Positions 42,345 to 55,459 of a DNA stretch of 64,000 nucleotides are shown in pieces. Location of the stretch: positions 55,180,001 through 55,244,000 of the forward strand of contig OX597821.1 in NCBI GenBank assembly GCA_951406725.2, read 5' to 3'. Under the pieces are notes generated by a model. The model saw nothing but the letters and a program-made list of their open reading frames with translations, searched no databases and was not told the origin of the DNA. The DNA is from Octopus vulgaris. Lineage: Eukaryota. The position numbers and the translations under genes were made by a program. Position 1 is the stretch's first letter; every line of letters begins with the position of its first letter.

Positions 42345-42575
42345 AAAATTCAAGTCGTCCTTAATAACACTGTTTTCTGGAGCTGTACTAAACTGGGTTT
42401 CATGCCTATTTCTTCAATCCATCTGTTCAGATCATTAGGGATGGTTCCCGATGCACCTATTACTATTATGATACAATTTACCCTCACTTTCTGTCGTCTC
42501 TGTAATTCAATAGCTAGCTCCTGGTACTTTGCACTTTTTTTCTATATTTCTCATAATAAAGTTTTCATCATTTGC
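42345..42575 (-). mobile_element. 3' RLE fragment of another R4/Dong family
   Basis: KYQELAIELQR..KVRVNCIIIVIGASGTIP...LVQLQKTVLL. Confidence 0.7.
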
Positions 42576-42813
42576 GACTTCTTCTGCTCATGATCATAGA
42601 TGCATATATCATCAGCCACTAAGGGACATACACAGCTAGTTGTTGTCAAGCAACTAACAAGCAAATCTATAGCAATGAGCAAAATATTTGCTGTAGCTCA
42701 TCTTTTATATCAAGACAAAACAATGCACATGATAACACTTCCAATCATTTAAGATCAAAAGCCATGAGCGCCGCTGCTTGGTACTGCTATCATCATCATC
42801 ATCATCATCATCA

Positions 42814-42902
<89 letters not shown>

Positions 42903-42954
42903 GAGTGAGAGAGCAATGCATGACATCAAAGTGACATTGGTGTAAAATAAACGA

Positions 42955-43020
<66 letters not shown>

Positions 43021-43026
43021 TATTGA

Positions 43027-43081
<55 letters not shown>

Positions 43082-43629
43082 AATTGAAAATACTTGGTGC
43101 TTAGCTATACATTGCAAGTTGTGATCGGAAATACCGAATATTCTACCATATTATCGACTGGGAGAAATATAAAAAAAAATTAAACATATTCCTGTAGTTT
43201 AAATGGAAAAATATAAGTCCAGGAAATTACAGCGAATACAAGTTAAAGTTATGAACGGTAAGCCATATTTCTATTTCAATCGGAAATGAAAAATTAATCA
43301 ACATCTAACATTTAGTGTGAGCAATACATCATGGCATTAAAACATGTAAAATCACATGTGACATGTGATGTAGAACAACCTATAATTGACACAACTGATA
43401 GCATACGTCGAAGATAAATGCTACATATACTTAGTGTTGACATTATATTAAATAGTTATATTTACAATGCATACACATATATAGATAGGCTCTCATTTGT
43501 GTGGATTTTGTTATTCAAAACCTACGGCTCTACAAAATAATAATGGATGTAGCCAAAAACGAATTTGTCCAGCAAGAAAGTGAGTTGTAACGGAGTAAAT
43601 CCTGAGCTTTGCATTTATCATTTATCTGT

Positions 43630-44025
43630 TATCTTTTAATTGTTTCGGTCATTGGACTGCGACCATACTGGGCCACCACCTAGGAATATTTAACCGAACT
43701 CACAATCCCTATTACTTATTTTTGAAGAGTGGTACTTACTTTATACGCCTCTTGTGTCGAAATGTAACGTGACGGGGAAATAAACAAACCACTACCGGTT
43801 GTCAAGTGGGGAGAACAAACACACCGCTCACACATACATACACACCCACCAACCCACACGGACGTACACACATAAATACACATATACATATACATGATGA
43901 TTTCAGTTTTCCATCTAGCTCTCCTACTCACGCGGTTTTGATTGGCCTGCAGCTATAATAGAAGACTTTCTGTGGAAGTGAGCTTGAAACAACATGGTTA
44001 GTAATCAAGCGACTTAACCATATCG
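43630..44025 (-). mobile_element. tRNA-derived SINE family 1, degenerate
   Basis: gtttcggtcattggactgcgaccat, accggttgtcaag, tttcagttttccatc. Confidence 0.7.
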
Positions 44026-44313
44026 ACATTACACATATGTAGTATGTGTACACCATGCCAAATGTGTCCACATGTCGAGGGTTTGTTGCTGTGACATTGT
44101 CTGAGAAAATATTCTTATAGACATATTGTGCGATTTTAATTTCATGCTCTTTCCATTGATTATATTGTAAGCGTCTGTGATAGCCATGAATGTCTTATTT
44201 ACAATTTCTCGAACTATGGATTTAGCTTAAAGCTAAAGGCATTCGAGTGCACGACATTGACAAGCTGAAGGAAGACGAAACAGGTGAGAAAATAGCGATA
44301 TTCGTTTTGTCCC

Positions 44314-44356
<43 letters not shown>

Positions 44357-44358
<2 letters not shown>

Positions 44359-44583
44359 CGAGAAGCTTTATGAAAATAAACAAAAGACGAAGGCAGGTGG
44401 AATACAAACAAACAATTGTATTAGTATGGCGCTCAGAAATATAAATAAAACAAGTCTTTTACGTTTCGAGCCTACGCTCTTCAACAGAAAGATACATAGA
44501 AAAGAAACACGGAAAGAAAGAAGGAGAGAAAAAAATGCGTGCAGAAGCTAGCGAATCAATATGGCGATCTGATTCCGGCCAAA
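44357..44583 (-). mobile_element. HHR cassette family A, copy 2 (HHR motif 44455-44492)
   Basis: Minus strand: tcttt-CTGTTGAA-gagc-gtag-gctc-GAAA-cg-TA-aaaga. The body is nearly identical to 58150-58288. Confidence 0.8.
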
Positions 44584-45525
44584 CCGTGATCACCGCTGCC
44601 CTAGCCACTGGGCCATTGCGCCTCCACACACACACACATAATGTATATATTTTAAAGATTGCTAAAAATATTTAACGTAGTTTAAACATTACCTGATATT
44701 GGAACTCAAAACATAGGGTAAAGTGGATATATAGGTTTATTATAACGAAATTTGACCGTCTCAACAGTTTCGTCCGGAGTTCTTTTGTGCTGGACAAGTC
44801 TAAGCAAACTACTGTATGACAATGCCGAAATTCATAATATTGTTCACACTGTTGAAATACCGCAACACATACTGAAATTTGAAGTTCTAGATCACTCTTT
44901 TTCTTTCTCTCTCTCTCTTTACAAACACACGGTCACACATATTCAAACAAGAATGCAGTGCGATCAATACTTGCCTATATCAGGCCTCCAGAATATATTA
45001 TAAAGGGAATATATTATACGTGTATATGTTCAGTGTAAATGTAAAAATAAAATACATAAGCATTTTTTCTGAGACCGCATTTTTTTCTTCTAAGACTCTA
45101 TGATGATATCATGTTTCGTGCAAGCATGCACTTGTTAGCGAGGCAGAAAGAATTTAGTGGACCGATAAGACTCTTTTGTTCGTTGGGAAGTTGATATTCA
45201 CAATCTAGCGGCGGTTTACAAATATATAATCGTCTTCTTATCATTCTACAGGGAAGCTCTACATGTGCTATGATCAAGATTTATGTTATACTATTAAATA
45301 ATCTATCTGAGAATGTTATATTTTGTGAAAGCATGAGTATTATTATATGGTTTATATGTATCCATAGATGTTAGATCTATTTTAAAGTACAAATGTATAA
45401 ATACTGGGTAATACAGTGCACAAAACATGAGCTCTCATGGTTCAAGGCAACTTCTGTGTCTTGGTTTTTACGTTTATATTGAGCGTGTATTTTCAATAGG
45501 CATGAAATATTATTCGTTCTCTCAT

Positions 45526-45562
<37 letters not shown>

Positions 45563-45578
45563 TCTCTCTTTCTTTTTG

Positions 45579-47120
<1,542 letters not shown>

Positions 47121-47197
47121 TATACGCTATTTCTTACTTTACAGTTATTTTAAAATTTGCATTGCGTTTATATATATATATATATATGTGTGTGTGT

Positions 47198-47490
47198 GGA
47201 GGCGCAATGACCTAGTGGTTAGGGCAGCTATCTCGCGGTTTTGATTCCCAGACCGGGCGTTGTGAGTGTTTATTGAGCGAAAAACACCTAAAGCTCCACG
47301 AGGCTCCGGCAGGGGGGTGGTGGCGATCCCTGCTGTACTCTTTCGCCACAATTTTCTCTCACTCTTTCTTCTGTTGGCCTGCTCGCTTAGCCAGCGAGGT
47401 GGCGTCATTTGAAGGCTAAAACAATGCGAAGCGCATTGTGACCAGCGATGTGTAGCAACATCTTATAGCCTGGTCGGTCATGGTGATGGT
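47198..47490 (+). mobile_element. tRNA-derived SINE family 2
   Basis: ggaggcgcaaTGACCTAGTGGttagggcagc..GGTTTTGATTCCC, with a full-length reverse match to 57318-57621. Confidence 0.9.
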
Positions 47491-47526
47491 GGTGGTGGTG
47501 ATATATATATATATATATATCTTAAA

Positions 47527-47609
47527 CCACTTCTGAAGAGATTCGACTTTTAAATAATTTTTAATTTAATAAATTTTCTAAAGGTTTGGAATTGAAACAG
47601 CTATAGGGG
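47527..47609 (+). ncRNA. Hammerhead motif with long AT-rich stem II (stem I decayed)
   Basis: CTGAAGA(47533)-gattc...gaatt-GAAA(47594)-cAGCT-A. Confidence 0.6.
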
Positions 47610-47783
47610 ATGTTTGTCAAATTTTTAATTAATAAATAATAATTTTTTAATTACAAGTCTATTTCATATATATATATATATATTACCTACATTCTTTACT
47701 GGTTTTGAAGATTCCTTGTCCGCGCACACACACATACACGGAGGCATATATATATGTATATATACACACCCATATATATATAC

Positions 47784-47905
<122 letters not shown>

Positions 47906-48154
47906 TTTGATACTTTGATACTTTGATAGGTTTCGGCCATTATTGGCCCAGGCCACGTCTAACTTAATAGCACCACCTGGTGAAGTCTTTCAAGTCAGAA
48001 TTTGGGCACTATGGCCCACTCAAGTAGAGAGTTATTGTTTACAGAGACATATCCGGGTGTAGGGGGTTTATCCGGGATTTCTTGAAGGAATCTGTCCAAA
48101 GACTTCTTGAACCCTATAGGGTCAGTTTCTGTTTTAATGTGTTTTGGTGTAATG

Positions 48155-51100
48155 TTAAAGAGAGCGGGGCCAATTGAGGTGAAATAATTTGTGCCGTATT
48201 GTTGTTATGAGATGAGAGTGCGATTTTTGTTTTGGGCGGATGGCACGGGGCCCAAGCCTTGGATGTACCTTAAAGGTGATGCCAACATCATTTGGGCAAT
48301 GCTGATGGAATATTTTCCACATCATGCAGATGATGTAGCGCTCACGACGACGTTGGAGAGAATAGAGTTTTAGCTTTTCTAGTCGACCCCAATAGTCGAG
48401 GCCTGTCATGCCATCTATCTTTTTTGTGATTGCCCTTTGAGGTGCTTCGACTTTTATGATACCTTGTATTGTGTGGGGAGACCACAGTGGACAACAGTAT
48501 TCAAGGTGGGGTCGGGCAAAAGTGGAGAAGAGAAGGATAATGGTGTGGATATCTCTCGACTGGAAAGTTCTGAGAATCCAGGAACACATTCTGCGGGCCA
48601 TGTCAACTTTGGTGTTTATATGAGTGGCCCAGCTTACGTTGTTGTCCACAATTACTCCCAAGTCTCTGATGTTGTTGGACGCCGCGAGAGTTTCACCTGA
48701 AGGAAGGGAGTATGGGAGTTTCAGGGCATCCTCTTTTCCAAAGTGGATTAGCTCAAATTTATCCTCGTTCAGCAGCATATTGTTTTTTTCTGCCCATTGG
48801 ATAACAGCCAGTAGATCTGACTGAAGGCATGTCCGGTCACTCGCCTCATTTATGACCTTCTGTAGCTTGGAGTCATCTGCAAAGATTTTTATGTTGCTGT
48901 ACTTGATGATGTCATTAATGTCATTAATGTAAATGATGAAAAGAAGTGGGCCCAGCACAGTGCCTTGCGGAACGCCACTACTGACTTTGGCTGGGCTTGA
49001 TTTTACCCCTTCAACTACAACATGTTGAGATCTGTCTGTCAGGAAACACTTAATCCATTTCAGTAACTTTCCAGAGACACCAATGTTGGATAGTTTTTTC
49101 AATAGGATCTTGTGATCGACCCTGTCGAAGGCCTTACTGAAATCAAGGTAGATGACATCGGTGTTGGAGCCCTCTCCCAAAGCTCTCAAAATGTCCTCAA
49201 AGTGATGCAGGAGCTGCGTTAGGCAGTCCCTTCCATTACGGAACCCATGTTGGTTGGAGATCAGCCGTCTGTTGCTTTCCAGAAATTGGGTTATTTGAGA
49301 TCTCACCACCCTCTCAAATACCTTGATGATATGAGAGGTGAGTGAGATCGGACGGTAATTCACTGCAAGGGACTTGTTTCCCTTTTTGAAAACTGGGACA
49401 ACAGACTGGGACAGAAGGTTTTTTGGAATATAGCCAGCATCCAGTGAGTTTCTCCACAGATTAGCAAGGGGAGATGCAAGTTGGTGTCGACACACCTTCA
49501 GGACACAAGCAGGGAACCTATCGGGGCCTACTGCTGAATTGTGTTTTATTTCGTTTATCGCCGCTAAGACATCAGGGGCACTAAACGTTATGTCCGATAT
49601 AGTGTGTTGGGGGTTGACATCACTGATACAGCCCAGATCGGCCATATGAGGATTGCTGAAAACAGAGCAGTATTGTTTCTGCAGTATCTCGGCCATGGAT
49701 TTGGCATTATCTTGGAGAGTGCCAGTTTCGTCAATTAGAGGGCCTACAGTGGAGACAGTGACCCTGCGTTTCCTCGCAAATGAAAAGAACACTTTGGGGT
49801 TGAGTTTGATTTTTTCAATGGCCCACTTCTCCTCAGCTGATCTTTGGTTATTGATGAGGGACTTCATGCATTGTTGGAGGTTATATTTTTTGGATTCAAG
49901 CAGTGCGATAGCCGTCGAATGTGTGTGTTGCTGTTGGCAGTACTTTAGTTTGTTAATTTTTTTGTTTGTTCTTTTTATTTTTCTGATAATGGTTTTTCTG
50001 TTTTGGGGGATTCTGCACTTTTTGTTCACAGGTCTTGGTGGGGAGTGTTTTGCACATATGTCTGTGACGGTGTCTACAAAGATCTGCCAAGATGTTTTAT
50101 GGTTGGTGGAGATGTGTGTATGTGTAAAGGACCAGTCAACATTTAATAGCTCGTTCCTGATTGCATCCCAGTTGGCTTTATGGAGATCCATGTTGTCAAA
50201 TGGGTGGGCTGGAGGAAGGTCACTAGGATTAGCTTTCGGCTGGTGGAATTTCATGTTACAGAGAACCATGTCATGGTCTGAAAGAAGGGTTTTTTCCACT
50301 GTAACATTATGTATAGTGTTAGTGTGGTTACTAAACACTAGGTCCAAAATGTTCTGATGTCTTGTTGGTGCAAGGACAAGTTGGGACAAGAAAAACTCAT
50401 TCGTAAAGTCGAAAAGTGACTCTGCTGCTTCTTTGTCAGCGGTTGAGGCGGGAGTGCTTGGTTTCAAACAGTTTGTAGTCCAGTCAACACAGGGTAGATT
50501 GAAGTCTCCCATCATGAGTATGTTGCTAGAATGGCACTGTTGAATAAAGCACTTAATGCTGTTGAGGCATTCTTTAAAGCACAGTATGGGTGTTTGGGGC
50601 GGCCTATAGAGCCCAATTACTGTCAGGTCATTGGCTTTGTTGTGCACGGTGACTGATTCACAGTAGCCGTTGGAGAATATACTATTTCCATCTGCCGTAA
50701 ATGAATCATACAGGAAAATGGCAGTTCCACCCTTCCTCCTGCCGATACGATCCGCGCGGATGGTTGTGAAATTCTTCACTCTCACTTCGGCTTCCAAGTG
50801 GGAGTTGTCAAGGTGGGTCTCAGTGAGAATGAAGAAAGGGATGTGGTGTGAATGGTTACCAACCCAGTCTTCAATGAATTGGACCTTCCATTTTTGTGCA
50901 TTGATGGAAGGGCTGACACCTTGTGCATTGAGTAGGAATGTGGAGGTTAGTGTAGTGGCTGGTTTTGACTGTTGCAGGGGGCTTGGATTTTTTGTGTGTG
51001 TTAGTGGCAGCAATGTGGGGAATTGGTGCACTGGGGTAATAGCATAGGATGGTGTTGAGTGATGGCTAGAATGTTTTTGTGTATCTCTTTTGCCATGTTC

Positions 51101-51235
51101 AACATGGCTAAAAAGAATTTTCCTGCTTAGGGAGCAGTTTTTGGCTGGAGGTGTGGTTGCACTGTTGGATAGGGTTGTAGTTTCCACTTTTGTTGTTGTT
51201 GTTTTTGTGTCTTCCTGAAAAGACTGGACCAGCAT
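48155..51235 (-). CDS. LINE ORF2, APE endonuclease plus reverse transcriptase (extra A at ~48189 truncates the C-terminus)
   Basis: LTETHL, YRPP, MGDFN, LDLVF, SDH; YRPISL, QHGF, YLDFSKAFD, GVPQGTVLGP, FADD, RDLGV. Confidence 0.95.
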   Translation of the reverse strand: MLVQSFQEDTKTTTTKVETTTLSNSATTPPAKNCSLSRKILFSHVEHGKRDTQKHSSHHSTPSYAITPVHQFPTLLPLTHTKNPSPLQQSKPATTLTSTFLLNAQGVSPSINAQKWKVQFIEDWVGNHSHHIPFFILTETHLDNSHLEAEVRVKNFTTIRADRIGRRKGGTAIFLYDSFTADGNSIFSNGYCESVTVHNKANDLTVIGLYRPPQTPILCFKECLNSIKCFIQQCHSSNILMMGDFNLPCVDWTTNCLKPSTPASTADKEAAESLFDFTNEFFLSQLVLAPTRHQNILDLVFSNHTNTIHNVTVEKTLLSDHDMVLCNMKFHQPKANPSDLPPAHPFDNMDLHKANWDAIRNELLNVDWSFTHTHISTNHKTSWQIFVDTVTDICAKHSPPRPVNKKCRIPQNRKTIIRKIKRTNKKINKLKYCQQQHTHSTAIALLESKKYNLQQCMKSLINNQRSAEEKWAIEKIKLNPKVFFSFARKRRVTVSTVGPLIDETGTLQDNAKSMAEILQKQYCSVFSNPHMADLGCISDVNPQHTISDITFSAPDVLAAINEIKHNSAVGPDRFPACVLKVCRHQLASPLANLWRNSLDAGYIPKNLLSQSVVPVFKKGNKSLAVNYRPISLTSHIIKVFERVVRSQITQFLESNRRLISNQHGFRNGRDCLTQLLHHFEDILRALGEGSNTDVIYLDFSKAFDRVDHKILLKKLSNIGVSGKLLKWIKCFLTDRSQHVVVEGVKSSPAKVSSGVPQGTVLGPLLFIIYINDINDIIKYSNIKIFADDSKLQKVINEASDRTCLQSDLLAVIQWAEKNNMLLNEDKFELIHFGKEDALKLPYSLPSGETLAASNNIRDLGVIVDNNVSWATHINTKVDMARRMCSWILRTFQSRDIHTIILLFSTFARPHLEYCCPLWSPHTIQGIIKVEAPQRAITKKIDGMTGLDYWGRLEKLKLYSLQRRRERYIICMMWKIFHQHCPNDVGITFKVHPRLGPRAIRPKQKSHSHLITTIRHKLFHLNWPRSL

Positions 51236-52229
51236 TACTGCAGCATGGTGTGTTTCTATTTTTATTGTTATTCAGGTTTGTGTGTTGGCTTGAGGCCCCG
51301 TTTCTGTTTGTGCGTCGGGTCCCTGGAAGATGAGTGAAGGGACAGTCACTCAGTAGACATGTTCTCTCACGTTGGGAATACCGGCAGATTTTGGGACTCC
51401 GAGTTGTGTGTGTTTTGAATTTCGATTTACTATTTGGTGGTGTTGATGTTATTGTGGGATGCGTGCTTTGGCCTTGGCCGGTAGTGCGTCTAGTGCCAGG
51501 TAGATGCGTGAAGATGCAGTCACTATTTGTGCAGAGTCTCTGGCGCAGTGAATAGCGGCATATTTGGGGATTTCTTGTTTGTGCCGTGGGGGGCGCATTC
51601 TGCTTCCTATGTTTCTTTAAGTTTTTGTTACTGCAGTAGTATTGAGGTGGTGATGTGGGGGAAGAGGGCAGTGGTTTCTTATTTGGTTTTCTGTTGGTAT
51701 TTTTGGTGATAGAAGACGATGGTGGCAGCGGTGGTGATGATGATGATGATAATTGTGGTGGTTGCTGTGAGAGCGGTGAAAAGATACTGGCATTTAGTGA
51801 ATCGTCTAGTAAGCTAGAGTTGAGGAGTGGCTGTTGTTGTTCTTGTTGCTGTGGCTGTTGTTGTTGTTGTTGTGCCTGACCGGTGTCAGGGTCAGCCATT
51901 GTGCTGGGAACCAGGAGTGGCTCATTCTGTTGTTGTTGTTGTTGTGGCTGCTGATTTTCTAGCTGTTGTTGTTCTTGAACTGTGAAAATATGTAGAAGCT
52001 TTTCATAATGGCCTCTTATCAGTTTGAAAGATACTTCGATATGTTTCAACTTGCTACGAATCTGTTTGACGGATCGTGTGTTGACCACTTGTGATGTTTT
52101 TTCGGCAATCTCATTCAAACACAAGACATTTAGATTTTCTGTTTGGGAAAGAGAGAGCCATGTGTTTATTAAAACATCAATTTCGTTATCAGACCAATTT
52201 CGTCTGTTGCAGGCCTGCAAGTTAGTCAT
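51108..52229 (-). CDS. LINE ORF1: N-terminal Myb/SANT-like domain, polyQ/SP-rich linker, two CCCH zinc fingers
   Basis: RRNWSDNEIDVLI...IAEK...RSVKQIRSKLKHI; CRYSLRQRLCTNSDCIFTH and CRYSQRERTCLLSDCPFTH (C-x8-C-x4-C-x3-H). Confidence 0.85.
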   Translation of the reverse strand: MTNLQACNRRNWSDNEIDVLINTWLSLSQTENLNVLCLNEIAEKTSQVVNTRSVKQIRSKLKHIEVSFKLIRGHYEKLLHIFTVQEQQQLENQQPQQQQQQNEPLLVPSTMADPDTGQAQQQQQQPQQQEQQQPLLNSSLLDDSLNASIFSPLSQQPPQLSSSSSPPLPPSSSITKNTNRKPNKKPLPSSPTSPPQYYCSNKNLKKHRKQNAPPTAQTRNPQICRYSLRQRLCTNSDCIFTHLPGTRRTTGQGQSTHPTITSTPPNSKSKFKTHTTRSPKICRYSQRERTCLLSDCPFTHLPGTRRTNRNGASSQHTNLNNNKNRNTPCCSNAGPVFSGRHKNNNNKSGNYNPIQQCNHTSSQKLLPKQENSF

Positions 52230-52547
52230 GTTTGTTTTTCTTTTGTTTGTTTTCCTTTTGATTTTTGAAAATATATATATTCTTTCTTGGGAGTTAAAGA
52301 AGTGTATATATATATAAATGTTCTCTCTTAAGGGTGTGAGTTTTTGATTATTTGGTTGTTTGAGGATATTAAAAGAAAAACAGGTGTATATAACAATTTG
52401 TAGTTAAATGAAAACGTACTTACGGGTTTGTAGGCAAACACGTGGTTACAAATATATATATATTTAAGGTCAGTTAGTTTTGAAGCTGTGTAGCTTGCTA
52501 CTGACTCGGGAGAGAAACAAATAGACGTCCGTCCAGTTCAACAGTTA

Positions 52548-52638
<91 letters not shown>

Positions 52639-53839
52639 GAATGTATGTTAGAAACTGAGATGTTAACAATTGTTGTGTGTCAGTGTGTGCATTGTAAAAT
52701 TTGCTACGCACACAGATGCATAGAGTGATCGATTAGATATATATATATATATATAAGGCGTATAAGACGGATTCAGCGAATCGTGCAGGTAACACAGTAA
52801 GCTCTCGTAAGGACTGTTCCCAGTTCATGTTGTAAAGAGTTAAGACATGTATTTAGGAAAAACATTGCGCGTAAGTAGTTATAGAAACATAGTGTATAAG
52901 TAGTAAAGCAAAACAAAATATATAAGTTCTCTACCACTGCACTTGGTAAAGAATATATTTATATTGGTGCGTTCCTCTTCCTCATACAAACTTCACCAGA
53001 ATAAATAAGGCTAGTAGCATATCTTTAGCTAAATCTATACATTCTCTCAATCATAATAACAGTAGATACAAAATTGCTTGGTCCATTATATATAGTCACA
53101 GCTATATAAAGTGGCAGTGTTTGCTGAGGGATCTATGTATGTGAGGCATTCCACATTGGTCGAATTAAATCGAATATTATTAATCAACGTGACGAATTGA
53201 TTATAAGATGTCAGTGTCTTAGATATCAATCTTTCCTATAGCTTATGTATATCTAACCATAAATTGTCTGATCAGACGTACACCGATATATCCCATGACT
53301 TTGATTAATTCGATTGATTACATTCCTAGTTAATGTGAACCAGAACTCTGTTTCCACTTTATGATGCAGTGTATTTGATCATATGCTATCATTCCACTCT
53401 TATATAAAACCACTTAACGACTTCAGATATTTAATATTCGAGCCCTTCATACTCATATATTGTACACCTCAATTTAATGCATTTAAGTATTACTAAAGTA
53501 GTTACACTTGGATGACAACCCTGCTTCTGTTCTTCTATACCTTACACTCACACTTGGTTGTTATAATCTTAGATACTATTTATTATGATGTATGATATTT
53601 ATATTTGATATTTAATAATCTATTTGATATATTCAGCTGATGGAAGTGTTTACTCTTTAACCTTAGTGATTGGCTATATGTATGTATCTGCCTTCGTATA
53701 TATGTACACGCATGTACATTGATGCACCTGTGTGTAGAAAGTGATTCGTATTGGAGCGTATGCGTTCCCGTGTTTATTTATGGACACAAAACGCATATAT
53801 ATCTAAATGCATATATTCATGTATATACATACACACACA

Positions 53840-53887
<48 letters not shown>

Positions 53888-54922
53888 GTAGATGTGAATG
53901 CGCTTATGTATATATTCATGTCATATAGGTATGTGACTGTATATGAGTGTGTGCATATTGTTGAACGTATATATATTTATAAATATATATTTAAAAATGA
54001 ATACGTTTGTGGGTGTATGTATGTGGATGAATATGTATATATATTCACGTGTATCCGTATGCACGTGTATAACTATGCATTTACGTGTATCTAAATAGTA
54101 ATATGCACCAACGCTTCTGGTTATATTCTATGTACGAATTATATCCATATTTTTTTAATCTGTACTTATTTTAGTTTCAGCTTATGTTATATATATTTAT
54201 ATACGAGAGCATGTAGGTATATTTATAAGCGTATATTATGTACATATCTGTGTATAAGTATGCTTGTATATGCTTATATGGGTATGTCTATTTGTGTTTG
54301 TATATATATATATGTACATACATTTATATATGTATATATACATGTACATTAACACATTCATGCATACACAAACACACACACACACACACATGTATATATA
54401 TGCATATATGTATATATAAGTATTTTGGATTATTTACATGCATGGTTTTATTTCTCCAGCCTTGTCACTTCCCGCACTATATATATATCTATATATGTTC
54501 GTATGTATATACACATATGTGTATATAAGGAATTCTCGAATAATGACAGACTTGTAATAATTATATACTATAAGTGCTCTTTCTGGTTTACTCCCAAAAT
54601 TCCTGCTTAAACTGGAACTGAACAAAAGTGGGGTTGAGGTTGCTTATCAAAGTTGCTACAATTTGTTCATCGTAGGGCGGGTAGATATATTTCAAAAATA
54701 GAGCATAAAGAAGCAAAGCATTTAATTTATAAAAATTTAAACACACTTCGAGTAGTGATAATAAATACGTATTTACTATACTCTGCACTATGTTTAAATC
54801 TTAAACTCAATGCACGAAAGTGATTCCACATGCTTTGATTGTTATGGTCTATTTCTGATATATGTATGAATTGACAGAACGAAATAAATAATCGAAGGAG
54901 TTAAATAGATTTCATAACATTT

Positions 54923-54970
54923 ATCTTACAGTTGTTTCCGTTATATTTTATATATCCCTTCATTAGGGAT
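54923..54970 (-). ncRNA. Degenerate hammerhead motif
   Basis: Minus strand: atcc-CTAATGA-agggatatata-aaa-tataacg-GAAA-caactg-TA-agat. Confidence 0.5.
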
Positions 54971-55459
54971 GGTGCGAGAAAATGTTTCAGTATTTATTGT
55001 AGAGAAGATACAAAATACAGAGGGAAGTAAGAGAATGAATGTAAAAGCGAGTTACATAGGAATATTGTGTTTTCAGTTTAGTAGAATGGTGTATATAAGC
55101 GATGAAAACATTTTTTGGTGACGAAATTGAGTGGGAATGAAGAATTCAAGTTGCTATAGACATGTGTAGCAGGTTACTAGGAAAAGAAAGAGTGTATGTA
55201 TATGAATATGTATACATACATACATACGTACATACACATGAATATATATATATATACGTTCTTCAACACAGACACATTCAAAGAAACTCATGTATGTTCT
55301 CGCGCATTCACACACATGCACACCCATTCATATCCATTTTTGTATATATAAAATAGCATGCATATAAACACACACACGGGTATACTTATATGTATGTGTA
55401 TATATGCACACACACGCACACACACACACACAGAGGCACGTATGTGTACATATATATAT

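Noticed and set aside
47198-47260. tRNA-like heads (also 21290, 35968, 58438)
   Set aside because: Box A/B are present but there is no complete cloverleaf, and they continue into SINE bodies, so they are not tRNA genes.
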